From NCBI RefSeq assembly GCF_009914755.1, contig NC_060930.1: a DNA stretch of 64,000 bases; one strand, given 5' to 3'. Numbering within the stretch: position 1 is the first letter of the stretch; each line of letters opens with the position of its first letter. The position numbers and the translations under genes are program-made. Of this stretch, positions 46,574 to 63,913 are shown in pieces. The notes beneath the pieces were generated by a model, which worked only from the letters and a program-made list of their open reading frames with translations, was not told where the DNA came from and made no database searches. This DNA comes from the human T2T-CHM13v2.0 reference genome, Homo sapiens.

Positions 46574-47124
46574 AAAAACACAGATCTTTCACCAACCTCC
46601 TGCCTGAGCCACTCTGAGTTTCCAATGGTAGAGCAGCTACAGATTTACAAATCCCCTCCAATAATTTTGATGCACTGATAGGTTGCCTACAGTCTAGGGA
46701 ACTAATACTACTCTGACCTTTCATAAGACAGGGAGTCGAGATCCAGGAATAGGAGATTATTATATCACTTCCCCCACTAGAACCAGTTAGCTAGACAGGC
46801 TTTACAAGTTTAGATTGAAATGCAAATATAACAAAGAAAACAACATAAACCCTTATCAGGGTAATGTATCATATCATGTCAAAATGTAATAAAATTTACA
46901 CAAATTGATAAATCTCATTTGCCTCTCTAACTTAAGAAACCCAAAAAAGTGGCTTGCTCTGTAAGATCACCTACGTAGTTAATAAGCAACCTAGAACAAG
47001 AACCTGCCTCGTTATTTTTCAGGCCAGTTTTCTGCTCCACTTCCGACTGTGATGACAAGGCTGGGGCAAGAAATGATTTACCACGAAAGATGTTTTTCTT
47101 GTTGTTGGTGTTGTTTGCCCTTCA

Positions 47125-47733
<609 letters not shown>

Positions 47734-48289
47734 TACCACAAAAGTTTGAGTGTAAAAAGAGGACCAAAAAAGAAGGCCAGAAATAAGAAAAGTGGTAGCA
47801 AAATGGAAAGCGAGGCCTCTCCAAAGGTATGTTTTTCTAACTTCAACTTGGGCTTGGAGTTGGCTTACATGCCCCCTCCTTGACTGAGTCACTGACAGCC
47901 ACATCCTTGGACTTAATCTGACCTCTGACGCACACATTGTAAACCTCTGATAGGGTGAAAAAGACAATGAAACATGGTAAACATTTATTTTGGTTCTGCC
48001 TATCTCACTATGTAGGAAACCAAGAAGAAGAAACTAGGGAAACTTTCACGTGTTTGAGTTTCTTCTTTTGTGAGCTAGAGAACAAAAATTGGAACTTTGA
48101 TGTAATAGTTTTCACTAAGAACAAAATACAGTATTAGATTCATTCACCTTGGATACTAAGATGACATGTTTTCACAGTTTATCATTTTAACAAGATTCTA
48201 TTAGGATACATAGCTATTTAACTGAAAGTATTAAAAAGAAGTGAGTTAATGACAATCCAATAAAAAATTTGATTACTAGAAAGCAAAAT

Positions 48290-48510
48290 AGAATTACTAT
48301 TTATGCCATGACTGTATGAGCATTATGCCATAGTTGCTGTTCTAAGCATTTTATGTGCTTTTAAACATTTAATCACTGCCACAATCTTATATATAAGGTA
48401 TTATTATTCTGATTTTACAGATAAAGGAAAAAGGTAGAGTTGGGTAGGTGGGTAGTTAAGAGGTTAAGGAGTTGGATTTGCAATTGAGATCCAACTCCAA
48501 AGCCCATTTT
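48290..48510 (-). mobile_element. MIR
   Basis: TATGCCA...GTTCTAAGCATTTTA...ATTATTCTGATTTTACAGATAAAGGAAA. Confidence 0.6.
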
Positions 48511-49262
48511 TTTCTTCTATACTGTACGTACCATGGGGTTACCATAAATATTAGATAAACTTTAACAACTTCAGCTACATATCAAATGATATCATTAAGT
48601 AAAATCCTTAATTTAGAGATTTGGAAAGACATTCTTTTCTCTTTGCAGACTATCACATAGATAGTAGATTTGCTCCTCATGTGGAAATAAAAATGTTTTG
48701 AAACATATTCAATCTTCTTGAAGTCATTTTCAATCTCTTTTCTCAGGCTAACTAGTGTCAAACCATAAATGGCTATGATCCTCATCCAGCTAAAATTAGC
48801 TTTGTTTTAGTCGTGTTACGAAAAGCTGTTGGATGTGCAATAGGCTAAGAAAGTTGGATACAGATCACCTAAAAATGAAATAGCATAGGAAATAATTATT
48901 TTTCCACCAATAAGCTGTGCAAAAAATATAACATATTCACCAATGCCAGAGTACGTAAATCACAGAGTAGTTATTGGAATAGAGTTCTGAAGCACATGCC
49001 CCATTACTAATGAGTCCATTTTGCCTGAAGGGCTTTCTCCAGCCTCAGTCCTACTCTCTTCTCCTAGAGCATCAATTTCAGTAACTATCACCTTTTGTTA
49101 GAAATCCTCCCCCGATATTAAAATGTTCTGGCTTTCTTATCAGTGGATTCTCCCCCAATATTTTTTATCCAAAGAAACTTTACCAAAATATATAAAATAA
49201 AATGAAGTGTTTTATATCTTTTGTTTAACCTTTACTACTAGTAATATAACGACTAAAATTTA

Positions 49263-49578
<316 letters not shown>

Positions 49579-49972
49579 ATTATTGAGCACTTAGGTGTAA
49601 ACAGGCACATTTCATATATTTTCTTTTTCACATTCCTCAACGCTTTGTGCCATAGGCATCATGATTTTCCTCTCTCTCTCTTTTCCTCTCTTGCTCCTTT
49701 TTTCTCTTTCTGTCTTCTCTTTCTCTTAAAAATGTTCAAACTGAGACTCACCAAGCAGAATTATTTGCATAGGATCACACATGCACACATGGGAGTCAGG
49801 CCTGCTCAACTCTCAAACCCAGCTCCTTTGCCTGTAAGGATTGCATCGGCAGGATGTGGGCCAGCCTATGTAAGGCTGTGGGTCAAAGAAAATAGATCCC
49901 CTAGGCTGCTTGAAGGGTGGTGGTGGTAGTGGTGGTCATTCTGTATTTGCTATCCAAAAATAACTGATATTA

Positions 49973-50052
49973 TTAGATTGGTGCAAATGTAATTGCATTT
50001 TTCACCATCAAAAGTAGTTGCAAAAACTGCAATTACTTTTGCACTAATCTAA
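49973..50052. mobile_element. MADE1 mariner (Hsmar1-derived) MITE
   Basis: 80-bp imperfect palindrome TTAGATTGGTGCAAATGTAATTGC...GCAATTACTTTTGCACTAATCTAA. Confidence 0.9.
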
Positions 50053-50769
50053 CTACTTCAATTTTCTTGAAAATTTAGGTAAGACTGAGTCAGGTCCTCA
50101 CTTTTTCTCAAAAAAAAAAAACAAAAACATAAAACCATAAAACAACAAAAACTTTAAATTTCCTTTTTTTTTTGGCAACCAACCAAATTGATTACATGAT
50201 TCAAAGGCTTAGTCAGCTCTATTTTTCTCCAAAATACCTCAGCAGGCACTTTTTAACAGAAGACATACTTTTGATAGCTATGAATTAATTATTTTTGACT
50301 AATATTAGATTCTATTTCGTCTTACTACATTGAGCACATTTGAAAGATATTTCTGTGAGTCTGAACCCTGTGTATTTTAGAGTCCTTGGCATATGCAACT
50401 TTTTGTTACATTGCCCATGTTGTACCCAATAAAGTTAAAGACTTTTCAGAATTTCAGAACCGCTTTAGTGTGAGGGGGTTTTGGGGAATGCTATTACCCT
50501 CTCCCTATTTGACTTAAACTCCCATCTGACACCCTGGGCTGAATTTAAGTGACGCAGCCTAGCCCTTCTGCTTCTGCGGGAGATGACAGCTCTGTCTTCA
50601 CGAGAATTTGTTAGCTGTTAGAACTCTGTGTTCTCCTGGTAGATACTTTAGGAACTTCTGATATTCACTCAAAACCCCAGGTGACATAAAACTCAGAAGA
50701 GATGCAGTGAAGAATTGGGAATGACAACTAACAAATACTAAAGTATCATTTCACCCAATTTCTGGCCAG

Positions 50770-50928
50770 GCAGAAAGGAGGAAAGGAGGGAAGGAAGGGA
50801 GGGAGGGAGAAAGGAAGAAAAGAAGGGAGGGAAGGGAGGGAAGGAGAGAAGAAGTGAGGAAGAGAGAGAGGAAGGGGAGAGGAAGAAAGAAGAAAGAAAC
50901 AGAGGGAAAAAGAAACGAAAAGAAAAAA
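50770..50928. repeat. Polypurine (GGAA/GGGA) low-complexity tract
   Basis: Nearly pure A/G on the + strand. Confidence 0.9.
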
Positions 50929-51296
50929 ATGTTTTGGTTACGTGTTTTTGTTGCTAGATCTACATACACAAAGCCAAGTGGAAAGTTGAAATTAATTAGA
51001 TGAGTAAACTAGAAGACAAAGCTTTGTAATAGATCCAGAGAACTCTGTGATATGACCGACCATCACATTAGTCTTACTGATAATACAGTTGTTTTGGCCT
51101 AAAAAGCAGTTGAAGGAGGAGTGGTAGAAGCTGGAGATATGTCTGGAGGAGGCAAGATGCAAATGAAGTGGAAGGCGGAGGCAGAAGGAGAAAGCGGGGG
51201 TGGGGGGGTGGGGGTGTGGGCGGGGGGTGGGGAAAGCAGAGTCGAGTAAGGCCTGCAAAGAGGGAGACAATATTCACCCTGAGAAAATAATTTCTT

Positions 51297-51620
<324 letters not shown>

Positions 51621-52829
51621 AGAAAATAATTTCTTATAAGCTTCTTAATCTTTTGAGTATTCTAAGAAGCCACAGTAGTTATTTCTTTATTATTTTTGAT
51701 ATAGGACTTCACAGTTTATTAACTCTTTAAGACTATAATCTGAGTTTTATCTAATCTATCTCTTGAAATCTCTCTCCAAAATATATCTTAGTCATTTACT
51801 TAATAATCAATGTATTATTATGATCTAATGATACTACTTGGTATCATAAAATATTAAACAGCACAAATTTCTGTGTGGCATTAATAAGGAAAATACCTCA
51901 TCAGGTCCATATATTTATAATAATAATTTCAAAATCACTTATATGGGCATTGATACAAAAAGTGTTTTGGAAAAATAAAACAAGGCTTTCCAACATGTAA
52001 TAATAGTCACTTGAAAAGTGTCTTGCCCTCCTCTCATTCTGGTCTTCCATCATTTTCCAAGCTAACGAAATCTGATTCTCTAAATAAAATCACAGTAGAT
52101 ATGAATATCAGAACATCAGGAAAGGCTATCTTTCCTCACATCTGTATTCCACACAGAAAACCTAAGAGGCTGAAATGAAAGATCTTTTGGAAACTCCATC
52201 CTCAGTAGCTCGAAATTTTACACTTTTATATTTTCTCAGAAATCTGAATATAACATTCCCAGACATAATTTCCCCAATGCTTCCTTAAATTAGATAAGAT
52301 AATATTGTTGTTCATCATCCAGGAATAACAAATCAATTGGTCTAAACATGAAAAATAAAACAATCTAAATGGATATACTTGTTTCTCCTTTGATAATATA
52401 TGATTTGCTCATAAAGTTATGAATTAAGCTACTTAACAGGTTATTGAAAATCTGATCATGTGAACATTCTGTTTTTGGATGTTTTCTTGGACATTTTACA
52501 AGAAACAGAGTAAAATAGACACCAAATCCAACAGATCACCTAATGAAAGAGAAACAAATTTAGAAGTTGACAGTTCTGTGCTAGTATCAGTGTAAAAATA
52601 CATGACAAAATCAAAATTATTCCCATGGCCTACTGACTACGAAAATTTGATTTTTTTTCCCCTGTAGCTGTTTAGGCAACTAGTTTTAACTCAAATATAC
52701 AGTTTTGTAGTTTGGCTGTTTCATATGTACCATAAATTTGTTCACCTCTTTGTAACTGCTGATAAATGCTCTTGATTTGAATTGTGTGATACATGTTTCG
52801 AAACAAAAATAAATGTCCTACACTTGTAT

Positions 52830-53040
52830 ATACTTTTCTGTTTACAAAACACTTTCATACACATTATCAGTTCTCACACTAAATCTATGAGCTAAATTAC
52901 TTTGCCCATATTACTGAAAAGAAAACTAATGTTTAGGGTTACAAAATGACTTTCCCAAGGACACAAAGCTAGTCAGTAGTAGAAACAAGATGGCAACCCT
53001 CTTTATCTGTGTCTCAGCCCAGTCAGCGTCCTTTTCCTCT
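52830..53040 (-). mobile_element. MIR
   Basis: GTTTACAAAACACTTTCATAC...GAAAACTAATG...TGACTTTCCCAAGGACACA...GCTAGT. Confidence 0.6.
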
Positions 53041-53689
53041 ACACAACAATTAGCTCCTTCCAAGAACTACCCATGAATATAGGTACTGATTCCTACCTTC
53101 AAGAACCTTCTATCCCAACTGGGTCACAGAACTGTCCAGTCAAGACCAAGTCATCTATCCCTTTTTCTTTCAGTTATCTCTTCTGCACCTGCTTTGTTTG
53201 AAGAGAGGTAATAATACCCAAACTTAGGAAATAATTCACAGCCCTCCAAGCAAATTGGCCTATTAAAAGCGTGCGTTCATATGCACTACTGTAAAAGCAC
53301 AGTAATTAGATTTATACCTTATGCTCCCCAGCCAAGAATGGATTAAAATGGCTGTGTCCTTTCTAAAACTTCCAACCTTAAAACAGGGATTATCTTTTGC
53401 TTCAGAGTCACCTTCAGGTAATTTTCTCTAAACAGATAAATAAGTATAAAGTTGAATTTTCGTTTTTGGATGATTCTTTGCAGTTTTCCTTGAAATGCCA
53501 ATTAAAATTTTTTTTTTCATATGTAACATACCCAAATAGAGGAACATACTAAAATTTAAAATTGGCATGAGGCTACTAGACATTCAGAATTTACTTAAAC
53601 TTACTTGAATTTGCTTAGCAAATTTCCTTAACATTATTTCCTAGAGATGACAAAATCCTTTGCCTTAGAAAAGTCTAATAAAAATGTGT

Positions 53690-55560
53690 ACTTTTACCTT
53701 TTGCTAGACAATGCAAAATCCTAAGAACATTTAAATTCCATTTATCACCATCTCTTCTCATACACTATTATTCTTCTTATGTATTTTAATTCTACATATT
53801 TTAAAATTCCACAGATATTATAATTATTATTGTCTTACATAGTCAAAATCAATTTAGATTTAGGAGCATATTTACCCCTTTTCTTGCTCTTCCTTCCTTT
53901 TTGCAGCTCTGAATGTCTTCTGAGATTATTTATCATCTTCCTAAAAAGTGCTTTCTATAATTTTAATTAAACGTCTTCAGCGGAAAGTTCTAACCACTCC
54001 ATTGCCTTACCTAGACTCTAGTGATGTCTTTCTTACCACTTTTACTTTCGAAAGATACTTTCACTCAATATGGAACTTCAAGTTTGTAGTTGTTTTCTCT
54101 CATTATTTTGAAGCTATAATTTCATTGTATTCTTGCTTCTGCATTTTTTTTTTTTTTTTTTAGTGAAGACAACTGTTAGTATAATTTTTCTCTTCAATGA
54201 AGGTAATATCATTTTTCTCTGTCCAGTTTTAGGATTTCTTCTATAATTTTGGCTTTCAGCAACTTTGCTGTGATGTCTTAAAAACAATTTTCTTTATATT
54301 TATAGTGCTGGAGTTTATAGACCTTTTATAATATTGGGCTTTATATCTTCTACTAGTTTTGGAAAACTCCCAACCATTGTCTCTTGCAATATTGCTTCTA
54401 CCACATTGTCTTTCTCTTCTCCTTCCAGTATTGCAACTATATGTATCTCAGTCCTTTTCACTACTTTTCTTCTTTCTCTTACACTCCAATTTTATTCTTT
54501 TTGATTTCAATTTGAAATTTTTTTGTCATATTTTTCAGGATAATATTTCTCTCTTTCTTCAATCTATCTACATTAAATTAAATATGCTATTGTTTTTAAA
54601 GTTCTTGAATTTCCATTCAGTTCTTTTTTCTTTTTAAATATGTTTTAGTTTCACATAAAAATCTTAATCTGAGTTTTCAACATAGTAAGCATAGATATCT
54701 TTAAGTCTTTGCCTACAAATTCCATTTTCCAGATCCTCTCTAGGCATTTTTCTATGTTTTATTTCTCTTGATACTCAGCCTTCAGTCATTTGTCCTCGTT
54801 CTCCTGTTTTGTGGTTTTTGGTTTTGTTGTTGTTTTACAGACGGGGTCTCACTTTGCCACCCAGGCTGGAGTGCAGTGGCATGATCATGGCTCACTTTAG
54901 CCTCTAGCTCCTGAGCTCAAGCAGCCCTCCTACCCCAGTCTCCTGAGTAGCTGGGATCACAAGTGTAAGCCACAGATCCTGGTTATTTTCAGCTGAGTGC
55001 AGGACATTGCATTTTTATAAAATGTAGAGATAATCTGTAACCTAGAATGGTATCTTTCTTTAACAGGAACTTATGTTTGCTTTTGGCAGGCAGTCAGGAA
55101 TACTTGCAATGCTAAATGATCTTAATCTAATCATGAATTAAAATAATTTGTAGCTGGGTTTCAACCCCTGCAAGAATCTATTTGTTATTTTTCACCTTAT
55201 TGTAGCTCTTTGGGATTTCAACCGAGAGTCATGAAGTTTACTACAATACCACGCTTTCCTTGCTGGGCCAGGAACTTCTATTTTCCCAGATCTGTAAATC
55301 TGTCAAAAATTCAGTTGATCTTCTTAGACTCTCAGCCACTAATTTTTGGAATATATGATGGCCTGAGGAGAAAAGAAACTCTCAAAGGAAGCTTTTATTT
55401 TTTCCCCCTCTGGCTTTCATTCTTCTCCTTCGTTTTGGTTTCTATAATTCCTCACTACCTTATTAGCTTTCTAATGCATCGGTAAGATGTATTTTTATAC
55501 TGTGTCCAGGATTTTCAGTTGATCTTAGCAGACAGTCAGAATTTCCTAATCCACCATTAC
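53690..55560 (-). mobile_element. Ancient L1M fragments (antisense, 5'/ORF1 region)
   Basis: T-rich with L1M antisense motifs TTTTGGCTTTCAGCAACTTTGCTGTGATGT and TAGTTTTGGAAAACTCCCAACCATT. Confidence 0.55.
54815..54985 (-). mobile_element. Alu monomer (FRAM / AluJ right arm)
   Basis: GGGTCTCACT...CCAGGCTGGAGTGCAGTGGCATGATCATGGCTCAC...GCTCAAGC; single arm only. Confidence 0.8.
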
Positions 55561-55901
55561 TAGGAGAGAAGCTCTGCACTATCGCAAGAAGAAAACAAAT
55601 ACAATAGTGTGTCTGTGGTACATAGGATCTTTACATTTGCAGCCAAAAAGGAATTTAGAAATTACCATTTAATTCAACTCTCTTGTTTTACAGATGAGCA
55701 AAATAATGGTAGCTGGTTAAGCCAGAAAGATTGGAGAAAAACCTGTCCCTCTGCATGCCCCTCTTTGAATGTGAGACCTTATACACATTTGGAGGAGGCA
55801 TGAAGAGGCTCAACAGGAAGTAAAAGTTGGAGGAGAATACTGTCTTAGCTTTAAATGTGTTCTCCAATCCATACACAGATCCAATGGTAAAAGTGGAAAC
55901 T

Positions 55902-56249
<348 letters not shown>

Positions 56250-57249
56250 TTAAGCACAAGCTCTTACTAATTATTAACTGATGACGATATTATATAGATC
56301 CAAAGGTGACCACTAAAATGATAGGCTTAAAAATGAAAACAAAGATTTAATAAACAACAAACTGAGCAGAGACATCAGTGGCTATACCATATGGTGAGAT
56401 AGATTCCACAGAATTATTCCAAGCAAGTCACAAAACAAGTAAACAAGGAAGCCAGCAAGCAAAAAATAATAACAAATACAACCACTGGGAGAGAGGATTT
56501 GGAATTTAGAATTTCAACAATGTAGTATCCAAAATGTCCAGTTTTCAACAAGAGATTACAAGTCATGAAAGAACTAGAAAGTGTGACTCATACAGAGGGA
56601 AGGAGATGTTTATTAGAAACTACATTTGTGAGGGCCCAAGTTGGACTTAGAAGAAAAAGCAACTATCATAATTACATTTACAGCATATTTAGAAAATCGT
56701 GTTTAAAGAATTAAAGAAAAACATGATGACAATTACCTAGCAAATAGAGAATATAAATGAAGCAGTAAAAAGTATTTTTTAAAAAGAAGAAAATGGAAAT
56801 TTGGGGATTAAAAAGTACATTCAATGAAATAAAAATTCACTGGAGGTATTCAACAACCGATTTGAGCTAGCAGGAAAAATAGTCAGAAAACTTATAAGAT
56901 AGATCAATAAAAATTAACTAATCTGAAGGACAAAAGTAAAAATGAAGAAAAATAGGGCTGCAGAGATATATAGGAAACCATCAAACATATCAACATATAT
57001 GAAATGGAAGTCTCAGAGAAAAAAAGACAAAAGGGGAAAAATATTACTGAAGGAAGTTCTTCAGGATGAAAGAAAATGACACTAGACAGTGACTCAAATT
57101 CACATGAAGAAATAAAGACCACCAATAAGGTAATTACATACTAAAAAGTATATTTTTCTTTCAACTGATTTAAAAGCATACATAATACATTTTCTTGAAA
57201 AGATCACATGCTAGGCAATAAACAAGTTTTAATAACTTAAAAAGGCTGA

Positions 57250-57542
57250 GGGACTGGCGTGGTGGCTCATGCCTGTAATCCCAGCACTTTGGGAGGCTGA
57301 GGTGGGTGGATCATGAGGTCAGGAGATCAAGACCATCCTGGCTAACACCGTGAAACCCCCATCTCTACTAAAAATACAAAAAACTAGCCAGGCATGGTGG
57401 CGGGCCCCTATAGTCCCAGCTACTCAGGAGGCTGAGGCAGGAGAATGGCATGAACCTGGGAGGCGGAGCTTGCAGTGAGCTGAGATCACACCAGTGCACT
57501 CCAGCCTCGGCAACAGAGTGAGGCTCTGTCTTAAATTAAAAC
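57250..57542 (+). mobile_element. AluY-like
   Basis: GAGATCAAGACCATCCTGGCTAACAC, GAATGGCATGAACC, GAGCTTGCAG; TSD-like AAAAGGCTG. Confidence 0.9.
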
Positions 57543-58334
57543 AAAAGGCTGGAGTCAGACCAAGTATGTTCTCTAACTACAACAGAATTAAATTAGAAGG
57601 AAAAACTGAAAGAAATTTTGGAAATCCATGAACATTAAAAAATTTAACCACGCATTTCTTACTAACTCATGAGTTCAAGAAGAAATCACAAAGAAAATTA
57701 GAACATTTTATACTGAAAGAAAACAAAACAACCTATCAAAATTCATGGGATGCAGCAAAAGCAGTGCTTAGGAAGAGAGTTGTTTGTATCTTTAACCTGA
57801 TAGTAGAATATAAGAAACATATCAAATTAATAACTTAATCTTCCACCTTAAGAAAATAGAAAAGAAAAGCAAACTAAGTACAAATACTTCTGGAGAAAAG
57901 AAAAAAAATAAAGAAAAAGAAAAAAATAAAGAAGTAGAATCCATGAAATGGAAAACACAAAGCACTAAAGAAAAATTAATGCAAACAATAGTTGGTCGTT
58001 TAAAAGATCAACAAAATTGACTGGCTAAGGGAAAAAAAAGAGATAAAAGATATAAATTACCAAAACCAGGAATTAAAGAGCGGACATCACACAATCTCTA
58101 TAGACACTAAAAGAAAGAGAATACTATGAACAAACTTGTGCCAACAAATTAGGTAACTAAGATGAAATGGTCAAATTCCTAGAAAGACACAAATTACTAA
58201 CAATGACTAAAGAAGATACAGAAAATGGAATAGACTTATAACAATCAAAACTATTGGATTAATAACTAAAAAATTTCCCATGAAGAAACAACTAGGCCCA
58301 GAGGCTCCCTTGGTGAAATCTCTGCATTACTTTC

Positions 58335-58616
58335 ATCTGCAATCCTCGCACTTTGGGAGGCCGAGGCAGGCGGATGACAAGCTCAGGAGATCGAGACCAT
58401 CCTGGCTAACATGTTGAAACCCCATCTCTACTCAAAATACAAAAAATTAGCCAGATGTGGTGGCAGGCACTTGTAGTCCTAGCTACTCGGGAGGCTGAGG
58501 AGGAGAATGGTGTGAACCTGGGAGGTGGAACTTGTAGTGAGCCAAGATCGTGCCACTGCACTCCAGCCTGGGCAACAGAGCCAGACTCTGTCTCAAGAAC
58601 AAAGAAAGAAAGAAAA

Positions 58617-58683
<67 letters not shown>

Positions 58684-58783
58684 GAGGGAGGGAGGGAGGG
58701 AGGGAGGGAGGGAGGGAGGGAGGGAGGGAAGGAAGGGAGAGAGAGAGAGAGAGAGAGAAAGAAAGGAAAGAAGGAAAGAAGGA

Positions 58784-58830
<47 letters not shown>

Positions 58831-58855
58831 GAAAGAAAGAAAGAAAGAAAGAAAA
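58335..58855 (+). mobile_element. 5'-truncated AluY with a ~260-bp expanded polypurine tail
   Basis: Alu body 58335-58595, then (GAAA)n(GGGA)n(GA)n(GAAA)n up to the resumption of L1 at AATTAATGCCAATAC. Confidence 0.9.
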
Positions 58856-59253
58856 ATTAATGCCAATACTTCACAAACTATTCAAGGTAATAGAAGAAAA
58901 GGGGATAGTTTCTAACTCATACTGTGAAGCCAATATTACCCTGTTATACAAGCTAATCAAAGATATTACAATAAAATAAAACTACACTGATATATTTCAT
59001 ATATATTGATATAAAAACCCTCAACAACATTTTAGCAACTCAAATCCAGAAATTAAGTAAATAGGATTATATAGTATAATCAAGTACAAGTACACTGTAT
59101 CCCAGGAGCATGTAATTGCTTTAACATCCAAGGATCAGTTAATGTAATATATCATGTTAATAGGATAAAGGACAAAAATACATAACCGCCTCAATCAAAT
59201 CAGAAAAAGCATTTGACAAAACTCACTCATTTACAATTTTAAACTCTCAACAA

Positions 59254-59356
59254 GGCCAGTGTGGTGGCTCACACCTGTAATCCCAGCACTTTGAGAGGCT
59301 GAGATGGGTGGATCACAAGGTCAGGAGATCCAGACCATCCTGGCTAACACGGTGAA
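59254..59356 (+). mobile_element. AluY 5' fragment (3' part missing)
   Basis: GGCCAG...GACCATCCTGGCTAACACGGTGAA joined directly to L1 sequence CTTCCTTAGCCTG. Confidence 0.85.
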
Positions 59357-59988
59357 CTTCCTTAGCCTGAAAAAAGACATCTACAGAAAACCTACAGCTA
59401 ACATCATACTTAATAGTATACTTTCCCCCTAAGACTGGAAACAACCCAAGGGTGTCTGCTGTTATCACTTCTATTAAACATATTCATGGAAGTCCTGGCC
59501 AATACATTTAGACAATGGAAATAAATGGCATCTACATTGGAAATGAACAAATTGAACTTTTCTTATTTGTAGATGACATTATCCTGTATGAAGAAAATTC
59601 TCAGGAGTCTACAAAACACTACTAGTACTAATAAATTAGCAAGTTTGCAGAATACAGAATCAATATACAAAAATCAGCTGTATTTCCATATCCTAGCACT
59701 TAACAATCTGAAAATGAAATTACAAAAACAATTCTAATCATAATAGAATCAAAATAATGAAGTAATTAGAAATAAGTTTAACAAAATCAATACAAGACTT
59801 AAACACCAAAAAATATAAATACATCTGAAAGAAACATTAAAAGCTTTAATAAATGGAGAAACATTCCATGTTTATGGATTGTAAAAGTCAATATTGTTAA
59901 GATATCAATTCTCTTCAAATTAATGTACAGGTTTAATGCGGTACCTAACAAAATCCTAGCAAGAATTATTGCAAATTAGTAGTCTTAA

Positions 59989-60820
<832 letters not shown>

Positions 60821-61250
60821 CACAAGTCAGTGAAACAAAATTGATAGTACAAAAATAAACCCTTACATTTAAGGTCAATCAATTTCTAGCAAAGTTACCA
60901 AGGTTATTCAATGGGAGAAATGATGGTCTTTTTAATAAATGGTGCAGGGTCAGTTAGGTAACAACCTGCAAAAAGATGAATTTAGACTCATCTTACATTC
61001 TACAAAAAAGTTAAATTCAAATGGATTATAAACTTAAATGTATGAGTTAATATTAATACTATAAAGGGTTAGGCAGCACATTCTTAGATATGATACCTAA
61101 AAAGCACAATCCATAAAATAAAATATTGATAAATTTGATTTCTTCAAAATTTAAAACTCTTGCACTTCAGAAGACATCATTAAGAAATGAGAACACAAGC
61201 CATGTACTAGAAAAAAATTATTTGCCAATGAGATATCTGACAAATAACTT

Positions 61251-61603
61251 GTATTCAACATATATTCAACATATGTATGTATTCATACATACATATTCAA
61301 CATATGTATGTATTCATACATACATATTCAACATATGTATGTATTCATACATACATATTCAACATATGTATGTATTCATACATACATATTCAACATATGT
61401 ATGTATTCATACATACATATTCAACATATGTATGTATTCATACATACATATTCAACATATGTGTGTATTCATACATACATATTCAACATATGTGTGTATT
61501 CATACATACATATTCAACATATGTGTGTATTCATACATACATATTCAACATATGTATGTATTCATACATACATATTCAACATATGTATGTATTCAACATA
61601 TAT
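61251..61603. repeat. 31-bp minisatellite, ~10.5 copies
   Basis: Unit TATTCAACATATGTATGTATTCATACATACA starting at 61263, 61294 ... 61573; ORF track shows a 31-aa period, equal to three units. Confidence 0.95.
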
Positions 61604-61652
61604 AAAGAGCATTTACAACTTAGTAAGACAAACAACTCAATTAAAACAGGCA

Positions 61653-63035
<1,383 letters not shown>

Positions 63036-63913
63036 CCAAGCAAAATATTTGAATAGCTATTTCACCAAAAAAGATGTATGAATGCTAATAAACACATGAA
63101 AAGATTCTCAGTGTTGTTAATCATTAGGAAAATGAACATCCAAATCACAATGAGATATAATTTCATACCCACTAGGTAGCCATAATCCAAAATACAAATA
63201 GAGACAAGGGCTAACTAGAATGTGGAGAAAATGGAGTGTTTACACATGGCTAGTGGGAATGTAAAATGGTTCAGCCACTTTGGAAACAGTTTAGCAGGTT
63301 CTTTAACAAGTTACATATAAATTTACCAAGTGACTTTGCAATTCTCTTCCTAGGTGTCAGCCCAAGAGAAGTTAAAGCACATGCCCATACCAATATTTTC
63401 ATGTGAATAACACTCTCCATAATAACCAAAAAGTGGAAACAGTACAAATCTCCAACAACTGCTGAATGGATATACAAAATGTGGTATATCCCTACAATGG
63501 AATACTATTCAGTAATGAAAAAGGAAAGAAGGACGGATACATGCAACAACATGGAATAATCTCCAAAACCTTATGCCAACAGAAAAAAGGTAGGCGCAAA
63601 AGACTACATTTGTATGTATCCTTTTATATGAAATGTCTAGGAGAAGCAAATCTATAGAGACAGAGCAGATTAGTGGTTACCTAGGGCTAAGGTAGGAGAA
63701 GGGACGGACTACAAACACAAGCAGAGGCTCTTTTTGGGTGATAAATATGTTCTAAAACTCATTTTGGTGATGGTTGTAAAACTCTGTAATTTTACTAAAA
63801 ATTATTAAATTATATACTAACATTTTTGTAGTATGCAAATTATACCTCAATAAATCTTCTGTTTTGGCCATTCTGCAGACGTAAAACAGCACCATCCAAA
63901 CTTGAGGTTTCAA

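Noticed and set aside
49973-50052. Palindrome as a novel miRNA hairpin
   Set aside because: Fully explained by MADE1. Some miR-548 genes derive from MADE1, but expression cannot be inferred from sequence.
58455-58979. Longest ORF in the track (174 aa)
   Set aside because: Made of Alu sequence, the GAAA/GGGA tail and a short degenerate L1 ORF2 remnant.
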